In this document: in pieces, positions 40,317-50,545 of the stretch | How positions within the stretch are numbered: position 1 is the stretch's first letter | Layout of the letters: the number at the start of each line of letters is the position of its first letter | Assembly: GCA_963681965.1 (NCBI GenBank) | Contig: OY820579.1 | Location: 1,536,001 to 1,600,000 of the forward strand | Source: a bacterium | GTDB lineage: Bacteria > Electryoneota > JAOADG01 | Direction of reading: 5' to 3' | Length of the DNA stretch: 64,000 nucleotides | Notes under the pieces: generated by a model | What the model was told of the DNA's origin: nothing | Databases searched by the model: none | What the model saw: the letters and a program-made list of their open reading frames with translations, nothing else | Made by a program: the position numbers and the translations under genes

Positions 40317-41096
40317 ATGACTCGATATCCGTTACTTTTCCTTGCCCACGGTTCACCGATGAATGCCATCGAGTTGAATGAGTGGAGTCGCGGTTATCGC
40401 AGTATTGCCGAAGCGCTCCCGCGACCGAAAGCTATTTTGGTGGTGTCGGCACATTGGTTTGTTCCGGGATGTTATGTTACCGATAATGATCATCCCCGCA
40501 CTATCCATGATTTTAGCGGTTTTCCGCGAGAGTTGTTTGACGTTCAGTATCCAGCACCGGGCGATCCAAGATTGGCGAAACGAATAGTCGAATTAATCGG
40601 TTCGGAAAATGCGAGTCTTCGATCCGATTGGGGTCTCGATCATGGTAGTTGGAGTATCTTAAAACACCTTTTTCCTGCCGCCGATATTCCCGTAGTTCAA
40701 CTCAGTATCGATCGACGATTGCTGCCTCATGCACATCTGGAATTGGGACGTAAATTGAAACCGCTGCGCGAAGAAGATGTTCTCATTATTGGAAGCGGAA
40801 ATATTACTCACAATCTCCCCGTCGTTTTTAACGATCTGCAGCAGGGCAATCATACTACTCCCGATTGGGCAAAAGAATTCGATGACCAAGTCGCAACGGC
40901 GCTCGGTAAATTCGATACCGATTTCTTGTTGAAATGTATTTCAGGCTCATTAGGAAAGATGTCGCATCCGACGGTTGACCACTATTTACCGCTATTATAT
41001 GTCGTGGGTGCAGCCGAAAGAGACGAGCGAATTCAATTCCCAATCGTTGGTTTCGATCTTGGATCGTTATCGATGCGCTCGGTACGGATTGGCTAG
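40317..41096 (+). CDS. ygiD: 4,5-DOPA extradiol dioxygenase-like protein (LigB family)
   Basis: LFLAHGSPMNA, VSAHW, TIHDFSGFP, WGLDHGSW, GSGNITHNL, HPTVDHYLPL. Confidence 0.9.
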   Translation: MTRYPLLFLAHGSPMNAIELNEWSRGYRSIAEALPRPKAILVVSAHWFVPGCYVTDNDHPRTIHDFSGFPRELFDVQYPAPGDPRLAKRIVELIGSENASLRSDWGLDHGSWSILKHLFPAADIPVVQLSIDRRLLPHAHLELGRKLKPLREEDVLIIGSGNITHNLPVVFNDLQQGNHTTPDWAKEFDDQVATALGKFDTDFLLKCISGSLGKMSHPTVDHYLPLLYVVGAAERDERIQFPIVGFDLGSLSMRSVRIG

Positions 41097-41106
41097 ATAA
41101 AAAAAA

Positions 41107-44100
41107 TCAGCTTTCCCGAGTTCTCGATAATTCGTGTTTGACTGCCATACCGATTCGATCCAGCAAATACGGTTTCCGAACATATGCACCGGCACCAAGT
41201 TGTTGGGCTCTTTTCACACGCTCGGTTTCGGAAAAACCACTGACTAAAATCGCTTTTTGATCTGGGTTGTGTTTCAGAATTTGGATATAGGTTTCGAGCC
41301 CGTCGATCCCGGGATCCATAATCATATCCATCACCAATAAATCGAATTTCTTCGCTTTCACCAATTCAATCGCCTTCTCGCCGGATTCTGCCGTTACTAC
41401 TTCATAACCTAGATTTGTTAACAATTGTGCCGCCAAATTACGTTGACCTTCGACATCGTCGATCACCAATATCGCTTCACCCTTGCCCTGCATCTCTTCG
41501 ATCGAATGTGGAAGATCGGTTTCAGTAACTTGTTCACGGCTCATCGGGAAGTACAAAGAGAACGTACTGCCGATCCCCGGTTCGCTGGTTACATCGATAT
41601 ATCCATCGTGATCTTTGACTGTTCCCCAAACGACGGCAAGACCGAGACCGGTACCACTGCGACCCATTACCTTTTTAGTATAGAACGGCTCGAAAATCCG
41701 ATTTAAGTCGTTTTGAGAAATTCCGGTGCCATTGTCTGTTACAGTGAGTAGAACGTATTCGCCTTCTTTCGTGTGGTCGTATCCGCGGATCGGACGATCC
41801 ACGTAAATGTTCTCGGTTTTAATTGTAACCAGACCTTTGTCGGGGATTGCTTCCATCGCATTATTCAATAAATTCATCACCGATTTACTAAGATGAACCG
41901 GAGATCCTTTCGTATTGCACAAGTGCTTGTCCAAATCCGTTTTTACCTGTACATCGGGATGTAATGACTGAATTGATTCAAATTCCGGTGATTCGATGAA
42001 TTCCGAGATTATCGAATTTAAATTTATAATTTGCGAGACCGCAACGCCTCGTCTGGCAAGCGTCAAAAGGTCCTGAATAATAGCCGCGGCACGTTGTCCA
42101 CCGCGCAATATTTGATGTGCATGGTCGCGCATCGGGTTGTTTTCGGGAAGTCCCATAATCAGTAGCTCGGAATATCCCACGAGAATTCCTAAAACGTTGT
42201 TCAAGTCATGTGCAACGCCACCGGCGAGTGTCCCCAACGCCTCCATCTTCTGTGATCTTTGCAATCGCTCTTCAAGGTTTTTGCGTTCTTCCTCGGTATG
42301 TTTTCGAGCAGTGATGTCGAGATGCGTCCCAGTCATGCGGGTTGGAATTCCGTGTTGATCCCATTCGGTTATTTTACCACGGTCAAGAACCCAAATCCAC
42401 TTTCCACTCTTGTGAAGAAGCCGTATTTCACATTCGTAATTTGGCGTTTCACCCGCAAAGTGTTTCTTTAATGCCGATTCCGAAAGTAACAGATCGTCGG
42501 GATGGCAGAGTTGATGCCAAATCTTGGATCGTAAATTAGATATTTCTGACAACTGGTATCCAACAATCTCTGCCCAACGTTCATTGTAAATCGTTTCGTC
42601 GGTGGCAATATTCCAATCCCATAAACCGACCCCCGAACCCTCAATGGCTAGTGTTAAACGCTCTTCTGAGACCTGACGTTTGTGATCAGCTACAACCCGT
42701 TCAGTTATGTCGCGAGCGACGGCATAAATTAGTTCACCTTGCGGATAGGAACGCCATTCAATCCAGCGATATTCGCCGTTCTTGGCACGGTATCGATTTG
42801 TAAAGCTTAGAACCACTTGTTGATTGGATAGCTGGCTGATCGCATGTACTGTCGACTCAAGATCGTCGGGATGAATGAAATCGAGAAACAACTGACCTTC
42901 GAGTTCCGATAACGAGTAACCCAGTGTCTTTTCCCATTCGGGATTTAATCGACGAAAATGACCTCCAGTATCGGCGATACAGAGCAGATCGAGACTGGAA
43001 GAGAAATACCGATCCAGCTCTACGGTTTTGGCGCGAAGTGCGTCTTCGGCTTCTTTGCGTTGCGAAATATCTTTCGCAATACAAAGAACACTAAGTACTT
43101 CACCGGAATCATTCTTGATCGGTGTGATCGTCGTGAGATAGAACGAAGAACCGTTCGTCGTGGGTACTTTACCTTCAATGAATGACGTTACGCCACTTTC
43201 AAATACTTGTCTAACTGCTTCAAATCTTCGATTTGCCTCTTCAAACGAAAATATATCCCAAATTTTCTTGCCGGTTATCTGTTCTGGTTTGGCGCCGAAG
43301 GCTGATGCAAAGGCATTGTTCACGTAACGGTAGGATCCGTCGCGGTTGAAGCTGAAGATAGGATCGGTTGATTCCTCTAGTAGAATCCGATATTTTTCTT
43401 CGCTTTCGCGAAGTGCATTTTCGATGTGTTTTCGCTGAGTGATATCGCGACCGATAATTACAATCCCTTTGCGAGATCCATCCGGGAAAAACATCGGGAC
43501 TTTGATGATGTCGAAGATCAAATCCCAACCATTGGGAAAAGGAATGATCGCATCGAACCGGATTGGCGATCCTGAAATGAAACATTGTTCGTCGGTAATG
43601 GTTGCACGAAGGAACGTCGAGCGGTGAGTTGGAATAAGGTCGGCAAATTCGGTGTCGGTATGATATCGATAGCTCGATGGATCGATTCCGTATAGCGATA
43701 GAACGAAGTTATTCGCTTCGATCCATCGACATTCAGCGTCTTTAAAAATTACAATATCAGGTAACGAATTGATCAAAGTACGTAATTGTTCTTCGCTCTC
43801 ACGCAATGCTTCCGATTGTTGGTTGCTTTGAACTAAAATTCGTTTCAATTCAGCCGTGCGCTGTTCGACCGTTCGACGGAGCGTTCGATTCCAGATAATC
43901 AGAATCACAACCAATAGACCGACAATCGAAACAATAAATGCAAAGTATTTCAAGTATTCTTTGTATTTTGTTTCGGTGCCATACCATTTTCGTTCGATTG
44001 CACGATATTCCGCGGGATCGATTAACGAAAACCCATTTTCGATTTTCTGCAGAAGAGCGCTATTGCCTTTTTTAACAGCGCGATGAAACTCGCCAATATA

Positions 44101-44730
44101 TAACGGATTGGTGTATCGAAATTGACTCTGAAGACCCATCTTATAGAGATAATACAACGCCGGGGGCTTATCGATACAGAAAACGACAACTTTTTGTGCT
44201 TTCACTGCCTCGATAATCGCTTCGTAACTATTGTACTCAACCAATTGCTCGACACCGTGGCTTCGTAAATAGCTGATAGCAGCATCTCCGGATTTGACGG
44301 CAACAACAAACCCTTTCAATGACTCAACTCCGGTTATACCGGAAATGTTCTGATTAAAGAAAATTGGTACTTCGATTTGGGCATATGGTTTCGAAAAATC
44401 GTAGATCAGGTTTCGTTCGTCGTTTTGAAAAATGGTTTCGATGATGTCGTATTCACCCGCACTCATCAACCGGAGGGCTTCACTCCAATCCATCCCTTCG
44501 ATGATAATAGGCGTTCCAGTGCGATTTTCCCAAAGATGCCAATAGTCGATCGATATCCCTTGTAGTTTACCGTTGGGATCGCGAAAAGTAAATGGTGGGT
44601 AGTTGTCGTCAATGACAATTCGTAGTGGTTTTGTGGTCAGTGAATCGGCATGAGAAACCGAGCAGAGAAAGCAAAGTATCCAGCATAACCAGAATAAGCT
44701 TTCAGAAATACGAGGACGGAATATTCTCAT
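41107..44730 (-). CDS. Hybrid histidine kinase: periplasmic binding domain + multiple PAS + HisKA/HATPase + REC
   Basis: DDNYPPF binding domain, TM, about four PAS/PAC, QKMEALGTLAGGVAHDLNN, FEPFYTKK, GTGLGL, REC (IDD, MD, KP). Confidence 0.92.
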   Translation of the reverse strand: MRIFRPRISESLFWLCWILCFLCSVSHADSLTTKPLRIVIDDNYPPFTFRDPNGKLQGISIDYWHLWENRTGTPIIIEGMDWSEALRLMSAGEYDIIETIFQNDERNLIYDFSKPYAQIEVPIFFNQNISGITGVESLKGFVVAVKSGDAAISYLRSHGVEQLVEYNSYEAIIEAVKAQKVVVFCIDKPPALYYLYKMGLQSQFRYTNPLYIGEFHRAVKKGNSALLQKIENGFSLIDPAEYRAIERKWYGTETKYKEYLKYFAFIVSIVGLLVVILIIWNRTLRRTVEQRTAELKRILVQSNQQSEALRESEEQLRTLINSLPDIVIFKDAECRWIEANNFVLSLYGIDPSSYRYHTDTEFADLIPTHRSTFLRATITDEQCFISGSPIRFDAIIPFPNGWDLIFDIIKVPMFFPDGSRKGIVIIGRDITQRKHIENALRESEEKYRILLEESTDPIFSFNRDGSYRYVNNAFASAFGAKPEQITGKKIWDIFSFEEANRRFEAVRQVFESGVTSFIEGKVPTTNGSSFYLTTITPIKNDSGEVLSVLCIAKDISQRKEAEDALRAKTVELDRYFSSSLDLLCIADTGGHFRRLNPEWEKTLGYSLSELEGQLFLDFIHPDDLESTVHAISQLSNQQVVLSFTNRYRAKNGEYRWIEWRSYPQGELIYAVARDITERVVADHKRQVSEERLTLAIEGSGVGLWDWNIATDETIYNERWAEIVGYQLSEISNLRSKIWHQLCHPDDLLLSESALKKHFAGETPNYECEIRLLHKSGKWIWVLDRGKITEWDQHGIPTRMTGTHLDITARKHTEEERKNLEERLQRSQKMEALGTLAGGVAHDLNNVLGILVGYSELLIMGLPENNPMRDHAHQILRGGQRAAAIIQDLLTLARRGVAVSQIINLNSIISEFIESPEFESIQSLHPDVQVKTDLDKHLCNTKGSPVHLSKSVMNLLNNAMEAIPDKGLVTIKTENIYVDRPIRGYDHTKEGEYVLLTVTDNGTGISQNDLNRIFEPFYTKKVMGRSGTGLGLAVVWGTVKDHDGYIDVTSEPGIGSTFSLYFPMSREQVTETDLPHSIEEMQGKGEAILVIDDVEGQRNLAAQLLTNLGYEVVTAESGEKAIELVKAKKFDLLVMDMIMDPGIDGLETYIQILKHNPDQKAILVSGFSETERVKRAQQLGAGAYVRKPYLLDRIGMAVKHELSRTRES

Positions 44731-44991
44731 GGAATAACTCCGGGTAGAGAGAGTACAACTAAAACACTGATTCGATATGTCACCTAATATGGTTATATCG
44801 AAAAAAATCGGTTCCAAGTTGAATGAATCTGCAATAATTAATCATTTTAACCGATGAGTTCGCGGAATACAAGGAGTAGTGATGAAATATATGGTTTGCT
44901 ATATAATGTATATTAATATTAAATATAACAATTTTACACCAATCAAGACCAGTATAGGCGTGGAAACAGAAATTGATCTTCTTAAATATCA

Positions 44992-45789
44992 CTATGTTAA
45001 AATTAAATGCTTGAGGAGTAATTGGTAAAAATGTTCCGCTGCCTGTTTTTCACGCCAAGGTGTATGACCGCACTTGCCTAGTAGGATAAATTCAAAGTTA
45101 TTTAAGATCCGTCGTAACGGCTGCTCAACTCCTTCGAAAGGTGTTGGGTCGTAGTCTCCATGGATTGCTACGACTGGACATTGAAGAAGTTGAACTGCAG
45201 TTAACAGTCGTCCATCGCTTCGCATTGCTGCTGCTTCATTCCATACCGATTGAAACAGTGCTCCATTAATTTCAAGGTCTTCAGCTTCAGATTTCACATC
45301 TAGTAAATCGTATGAATCGGTCTTTTCACTCAGTTCACCTAGCCGAGATAATTTCTCATCAGTATTTGGATTTGGAGCTGTTGAATGTAACACAGTCAGG
45401 AGTTCTTCAAATTCCCGACGTTCTGCGGATGTCAGCCGGTTCATGCGATTAGAATGTAATGCTGCGACATATTTTGTCTCGAATGCTCCGGAAGAAACCA
45501 GAATCAGCTTTGATACGAGCTCTGGATACTGCGCTGCGACAAAAATCGATAACCAGGCACCCCAAGAGTAGCCAATTAATTGGATTGGAATGGATCCTGC
45601 AGATCGTAACGTATTGCTAAGTTCTTCGATTTGTCCGGTGACAGTGATAGCTGTTTGGAGTGGTTCAAGTACACCGAACTGGCTGGAAAGCCGATGTGCG
45701 ACCGGTGACATTTCACCGGCGGCACCCGGACCACCATGAATTACTGCAATTGTATATGGCGGTTCACCGTAGCGCCGAAGATTGACCAT
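44992..45789 (-). CDS. Alpha/beta hydrolase
   Basis: IHGGPG, GYSWG nucleophile elbow, HGDYD, GHTPW. Confidence 0.88.
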   Translation of the reverse strand: MVNLRRYGEPPYTIAVIHGGPGAAGEMSPVAHRLSSQFGVLEPLQTAITVTGQIEELSNTLRSAGSIPIQLIGYSWGAWLSIFVAAQYPELVSKLILVSSGAFETKYVAALHSNRMNRLTSAERREFEELLTVLHSTAPNPNTDEKLSRLGELSEKTDSYDLLDVKSEAEDLEINGALFQSVWNEAAAMRSDGRLLTAVQLLQCPVVAIHGDYDPTPFEGVEQPLRRILNNFEFILLGKCGHTPWREKQAAEHFYQLLLKHLILT

Positions 45790-45806
45790 GAATTCAAGAT
45801 CCTTTA

Positions 45807-46790
45807 TTAGAAGTCCAGGACCATTCCACCCCAGGTCAGACCAGCGCCGAAACTGGCAAGAATTATCGAATCACCACGGTGCAATTTTCCGTCGCCGATA
45901 GCGTCGACCATTGCGATTGGAATCGTGGCGGAAGATGTATTCGCGCGACGGTCGATATTCAAATAAAATTTTTCGAATGGAATTTTGGCTTTGTCGCAGG
46001 CATATTCGACGATCCGACGATTCGCTTGGTGAGGAATAATCAGGTCGATATCGTCGATCGATTGATTAGTACTTTCAAGCGATTTCCGAATAATATCGAT
46101 CAGAATGTCCGACCCGAATCGAAAAATCGCTTTGCCGTTCATCGTGATGTAATCCAGTCCAGCGGTACCGACCGTTAACAGTGGTCGTACCGAACCACTT
46201 CCGACCAGCATTAACCACTCCTTGGGTGGTTGCCCGTTGGCGCCGAGATGAAAGTGATGAATCGATTTTGTCTCGGAGCGCGATAAAATCGCTGCTCCGG
46301 CACCGTCACCGAACAAAACGCAGCAAGTGCGATCCGACCAGTCGAGGAAGCGAGACATTGTTTCAGTACCAATGACCAGAATGTGTTTCATCGATCCGCT
46401 ATGGATGAACTGATCGGCGATCGATAATCCATACAAAAATCCCGAACAGGCAGCTCCGAGATCGACAGCGGCGGCATTCGAAGCCCCAATCTTTCCTTGT
46501 ACTTGACACGCGGTAGAAGGCATCATCATATCGGGAGTTAATGTCGCCAATAGAATCATATCCAATTCATCGGCATTTAAATGCGCATCTGCCAGTGCTT
46601 GAATTGCTGCATTGGCAGCTAAATCGGAGGTCGATTCTTCCGGAGCAATGATATGGCGTTGTTTAATCCCGGTTCGACTGACAATCCATTCGTCCGAAGT
46701 ATCGATTTTTTTCGCTAGATCGTCATTCGTGACGATCTGCTGAGGTAAGTATGCTCCTAATCCGGAGATACGGGAATAGTACTCTGACAT
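45807..46790 (-). CDS. fabH: Beta-ketoacyl-ACP synthase III
   Basis: DTSDEWI.SRTGI, AACSGF, LFGDGAGA, PHQAN, NTSSATIP, FGAGLTWG. Confidence 0.93.
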   Translation of the reverse strand: MSEYYSRISGLGAYLPQQIVTNDDLAKKIDTSDEWIVSRTGIKQRHIIAPEESTSDLAANAAIQALADAHLNADELDMILLATLTPDMMMPSTACQVQGKIGASNAAAVDLGAACSGFLYGLSIADQFIHSGSMKHILVIGTETMSRFLDWSDRTCCVLFGDGAGAAILSRSETKSIHHFHLGANGQPPKEWLMLVGSGSVRPLLTVGTAGLDYITMNGKAIFRFGSDILIDIIRKSLESTNQSIDDIDLIIPHQANRRIVEYACDKAKIPFEKFYLNIDRRANTSSATIPIAMVDAIGDGKLHRGDSIILASFGAGLTWGGMVLDF

Positions 46791-47222
46791 TCGAAAAACC
46801 AATGATTTATAGTAAGAAAGATTAGTACGTATTGAGATGGGAGTCGGTAACAGCCAGAGACAGGAAAATGTGCATAATTTTTTCATCGGAAAAAAATCCG
46901 TTTGCAACATCACATGCTTTGATCGCACGCCTGACCGGTTCGATTTGTTCGACGATCCAGAATTGTTCTACAATCTTTCGTAATGAAGCTGAACCAATGC
47001 AATTCGTACCGGTATCGGTGACAATTGTGAATTGACTTCGGTCAGCAATTAATAGTAATTCGAACGGCGGATTGCCGGTTCGTAAAGCAGAATTTATTAT
47101 CTTGAGCAGAACTCAATATAAATGATTTATTCGTATGCTGCTAATCGATCTGAATGAGGTTCATACAACACATGCGAGACAAAAAAAATCACCATGAATT
47201 CTAGTCAGTTAGAGATCGACAT

Positions 47223-48365
47223 TTAACCTTCGATTAAATGCGGTACAAACCGACTTGTGTTGGTCGTGATAAGCGTGTTTGATTCGCGAATCCCAATCCC
47301 AGCCGCTTCACCACCGATGACCCATGACCCGATAACGGGATAGTTTTGATTGAAATTGGGTAATTCGCAAAGCTGCTGCACAATAAATCCTTCTTCACCG
47401 TATTCACCACCCGATCCCGCGAGTAATTTATTTTGCTTAATCAAATCGATATTGGCACCTTCGCGAGAAAAAATCGGTTTGCGGGCATAATCGGATAGAC
47501 TATGTGATTCGCTATCGAAATATGCAGGAAGTAGATATGGACAGCTTTTATGCATCCGATAGAGAATCGGTAAAAATCCTTTATTACTAACGATCATTTT
47601 CCAAGCTGGTTCGATCCAATATGCCTTATTGATATCCTTCAAGAGGTTTTGACCGAATTCCTCATGGATCAACCATTCCCACGGATACAATTTGAAAATA
47701 TTCTTGATCGAATCTTCGTTCAGGTCGGTAAATTCGTTGCTCGATCCATTCCAACCGATATCTTCGACCGCGATATATTCAGTCAACAAACCCGCTTGGA
47801 TCGCAGTATCCCGCATGTATTCAGTGGTGATAATATCTTCGGTGTTGTCTGATACCGAAGCGAAATAGACTCTTCGAACGCCAAAGTACGGTTTCAGTTC
47901 AGTCCAGTATGCGATCAATTTCTCGTGAATCGAGTTAAATTGGTCGGCATGTTGATTGAAATCTTGCAACCAGTGCCATTGAACAACCGACGATTCCAGT
48001 AGTGATGTCGGAGTATCGGCATTGTACTCCAACATTTTGGGTACGCCATTGCCATCAAAACGAAAATCGAACCGACCGTAGATCGAGGGTTCGTCTTCAT
48101 TCCATGATCGCAAAATAATAGGTATAAATTCGTCCGGGATGCATAATTGGCTATACAAATTGTGATCGATAATCTGTTGAACAGTATCCAAACACAACTC
48201 ATGCAGCTCGTTAGTCGCCTTTTCCAAGGTGAGAATTTCATTCATCGTAAAGCTGTAATAAGCCGACTCGTCCCAATACACATCGCCAAGAGTGTGAAAT
48301 GAAAACCCGAGTGCTTCGACCTTGGACTGCCAATCTTTTCGCGGAGTAATTTCAACACGTTTCAT
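47223..48365 (-). CDS. Glutathionylspermidine synthase family ATP-grasp ligase (YgiC-like)
   Basis: YWDE, YGRFD, KMLEYNADTPTSLLE, QFNSIHEKL, FKLYPWE, KPIFSREGANI, GIGIRE, SRFVPH. Confidence 0.92.
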   Translation of the reverse strand: MKRVEITPRKDWQSKVEALGFSFHTLGDVYWDESAYYSFTMNEILTLEKATNELHELCLDTVQQIIDHNLYSQLCIPDEFIPIILRSWNEDEPSIYGRFDFRFDGNGVPKMLEYNADTPTSLLESSVVQWHWLQDFNQHADQFNSIHEKLIAYWTELKPYFGVRRVYFASVSDNTEDIITTEYMRDTAIQAGLLTEYIAVEDIGWNGSSNEFTDLNEDSIKNIFKLYPWEWLIHEEFGQNLLKDINKAYWIEPAWKMIVSNKGFLPILYRMHKSCPYLLPAYFDSESHSLSDYARKPIFSREGANIDLIKQNKLLAGSGGEYGEEGFIVQQLCELPNFNQNYPVIGSWVIGGEAAGIGIRESNTLITTNTSRFVPHLIEG

Positions 48366-48718
48366 GAACCAATTCCTCGACTTGACCCGCCAAAACCGCC
48401 ACGGCTACTGATCGCTGATGTTCGACTCGATGTGTGTCCTCCCGAAAATGCGTGCGAAGAACTCCGGAAACGGGATACTTCGGGTCCGTAATAACCACCA
48501 CTCCGGTAGGGGGAAGCAAACGAATTGTGAAAAATGAAAAATGGCAGATAACCCATTCCATAATGATAGTAAGGGCGATAAACCGTCGAAATCGTATCCT
48601 GAGAATTTGTCCACCCGTGAACGGTCAAATCGCGAGTTGTCTCGTCCTGCTTTTTCGAACAGGCTGCAAGCGAGACAGTGGTGATCAAAACCAGTGCGAC
48701 TTGTCGAGACTTTTTCAT
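48362..48718 (-). CDS. YgiB-like lipoprotein with a C-terminal SRGGFG tail
   Basis: MKKS..V.LVL...LAAC lipobox; Gly/Ser/Tyr-rich tail ending SSRGGFGGS; coupled to the ygiC-like gene. Confidence 0.8.
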   Translation of the reverse strand: MKKSRQVALVLITTVSLAACSKKQDETTRDLTVHGWTNSQDTISTVYRPYYHYGMGYLPFFIFHNSFASPYRSGGYYGPEVSRFRSSSHAFSGGHTSSRTSAISSRGGFGGSSRGIGS

Positions 48719-49092
48719 CGATGAATCCCCTTCATTTGGAAGTAGATATCGAATTCTTTGTTGACAATCGTATCGCGTTCACCGTCCGGTGTTTGCGTTT
48801 TTTCTGTCCCTAAATTGGGAAGCGTATCGCTAAAGACGAACTCTTTGAGTGTCAAATGCTGGGAGTAGATTCTTTGTGTCGTCGTTAATAACGTTCGACC
48901 GTCGGGAAGTCGATAGGAATCAGTGTAATATTCGACACTATTTTCATGTGAAATCGAAGGTGGAATCGCTGTCTCTTCAGTATTGGTCGAAACGAAAATT
49001 GCAACAATGATAATAATCACTGCGATTGATATAAACCCGATTATCAGCAATTTGCGGTTAGTAAATTGCCTGTTTTCACCCATTCTTCCCAT
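48715..49092 (-). CDS. Hypothetical single-TM protein
   Basis: N-terminal TM helix; stop overlaps the next start. Confidence 0.65.
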   Translation of the reverse strand: MGRMGENRQFTNRKLLIIGFISIAVIIIIVAIFVSTNTEETAIPPSISHENSVEYYTDSYRLPDGRTLLTTTQRIYSQHLTLKEFVFSDTLPNLGTEKTQTPDGERDTIVNKEFDIYFQMKGIHR

Positions 49093-49110
49093 GGTTCCCT
49101 CGTCGTTTCG

Positions 49111-49455
49111 TTATTTCTTGATGGATACCCAGCGCTGTTCGGACATATATTGGGTAAATGCGGTTTGACCTTGTTCTTTAATCCGATCGATACACGCTTT
49201 TCGACTGGTATGCGAGAGCCATTCGCCCAATCGGATGATCATCGGATTAAACGGTGTACAGTCGGCAACATTGGGAAACTTCGTGCACTCGAAACAGCCG
49301 TTGTACCCGTGTTCGCTGTTGCAAGGTTTGACTTTGCACCAGTTCGATCCGGTAGTAGTATGACAGCCGGGGCATTTTCCCTTCAGATGCCTAGGACATG
49401 CTCCGCAATATAAGCCACAATAAGCAATTAACTTTTCGCTGCATTCGATTGTCAT
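49111..49455 (-). CDS. Cys-rich DUF3795-like protein
   Basis: IAYCGLYCGAC....GKCPGC...WCKVKPC......CFEC..F. Confidence 0.8.
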   Translation of the reverse strand: MTIECSEKLIAYCGLYCGACPRHLKGKCPGCHTTTGSNWCKVKPCNSEHGYNGCFECTKFPNVADCTPFNPMIIRLGEWLSHTSRKACIDRIKEQGQTAFTQYMSEQRWVSIKK

Positions 49456-49560
49456 CGATTCATCCTGTCTCTAGTTAGATACACACGGAACAGAAGCGGT
49501 TGCATTCTAAAACACTGAGTAAAAAGTATTGCAATGAATCGATTGGATCAATACCTGAAC

Positions 49561-49600
49561 CATAAAAAAGGGTTATACCATTGGTATAACCCTTTTTATG
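49561..49600. terminator. Bidirectional rho-independent terminator
   Basis: CATAAAAAAGGGTTATACCA/TTGGTATAACCCTTTTTATG near-perfect inverted repeat just downstream of the 49616 gene. Confidence 0.8.
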
Positions 49601-49615
49601 AAATCGATTTCAAGC

Positions 49616-50344
49616 CTATTCAAACACCTTCTCTAGCCCCAGATAGGCTGTGTGCATTGTTTCAACAGCCTCTTTGATCTTCTTTTCGTCTTTACTGGGT
49701 ATTGTCTTCGCCAGCTCCTCTACCGATGTTGAAAGCGTCGCGCGGGCAGCGATAAAACTGTCGTTTCGTTTCTTCATTCGCTCGGGCAACACTACTTTAT
49801 TCAATAAATCCATCTGTTTCTGGAGTTCAGCTACATCGGATTGGACTTTCAATTGATCGAATTTTACAATGTGATAGTGGTATAGCGGGTATAGCGCTTC
49901 GTGAAATGACTCCATCTCTTTCAAGACGGGAGTGACAATTCGAACCAGCATTTCGTAATTGCGATGTAATTTTTCGGCAGCGTCGAGGATGGCTTGATCG
50001 GTTTTGGAATTCAAGGCTTTCTTGTATTCGATAACCGTCTCTTGCATAGCCTGAACACCTTTTTCCCATTTGACTTTTTTGTCCCGGAGAATTCCGGGAA
50101 GTTCGGATTTTGCTACGGCATCGGCGTTTTTTTCGATATCCGGGAGCAATTTCCCGAACATCTCCATATCCTTATTTGCCCATGCGACATGCCACATTGG
50201 ATAAATCACTTCATGCATTTTTTCCAGTGCCGGTACTTCAGCTTTGACTTCTGTCGCTAATTCGTGTGCTTTCTCTTCCGCGTATGAAAATCCGCAAGCC
50301 AATAATACGAGCATTCCGATGAATACTTTTTCAATCGATTTCAT
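49616..50344 (-). CDS. Secreted helical protein with two His-motif repeats (putative metal-binding)
   Basis: Signal peptide ending ..FSYA; MHEVIYPMWH...EKLH and FHEALYPLYH...ETMH. Confidence 0.7.
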   Translation of the reverse strand: MKSIEKVFIGMLVLLACGFSYAEEKAHELATEVKAEVPALEKMHEVIYPMWHVAWANKDMEMFGKLLPDIEKNADAVAKSELPGILRDKKVKWEKGVQAMQETVIEYKKALNSKTDQAILDAAEKLHRNYEMLVRIVTPVLKEMESFHEALYPLYHYHIVKFDQLKVQSDVAELQKQMDLLNKVVLPERMKKRNDSFIAARATLSTSVEELAKTIPSKDEKKIKEAVETMHTAYLGLEKVFE

Positions 50345-50545
50345 ATTTGAAAATCCTCGGTTGATGATTAAAGAGCTGCCATCGACAAACAGTCGTATCT
50401 GCAAGAAATGGCAGGGTATACAATTACAATACCGCTTTTTCGCAAATAAAAAAAGGAAGCGGTCAGTTGATTGAACTAATTTCCAAAGTAAGACACTTCA
50501 ATTACCGACTTGTTTAATCGCTTCGTAATACGGAAAATAGCGCCA

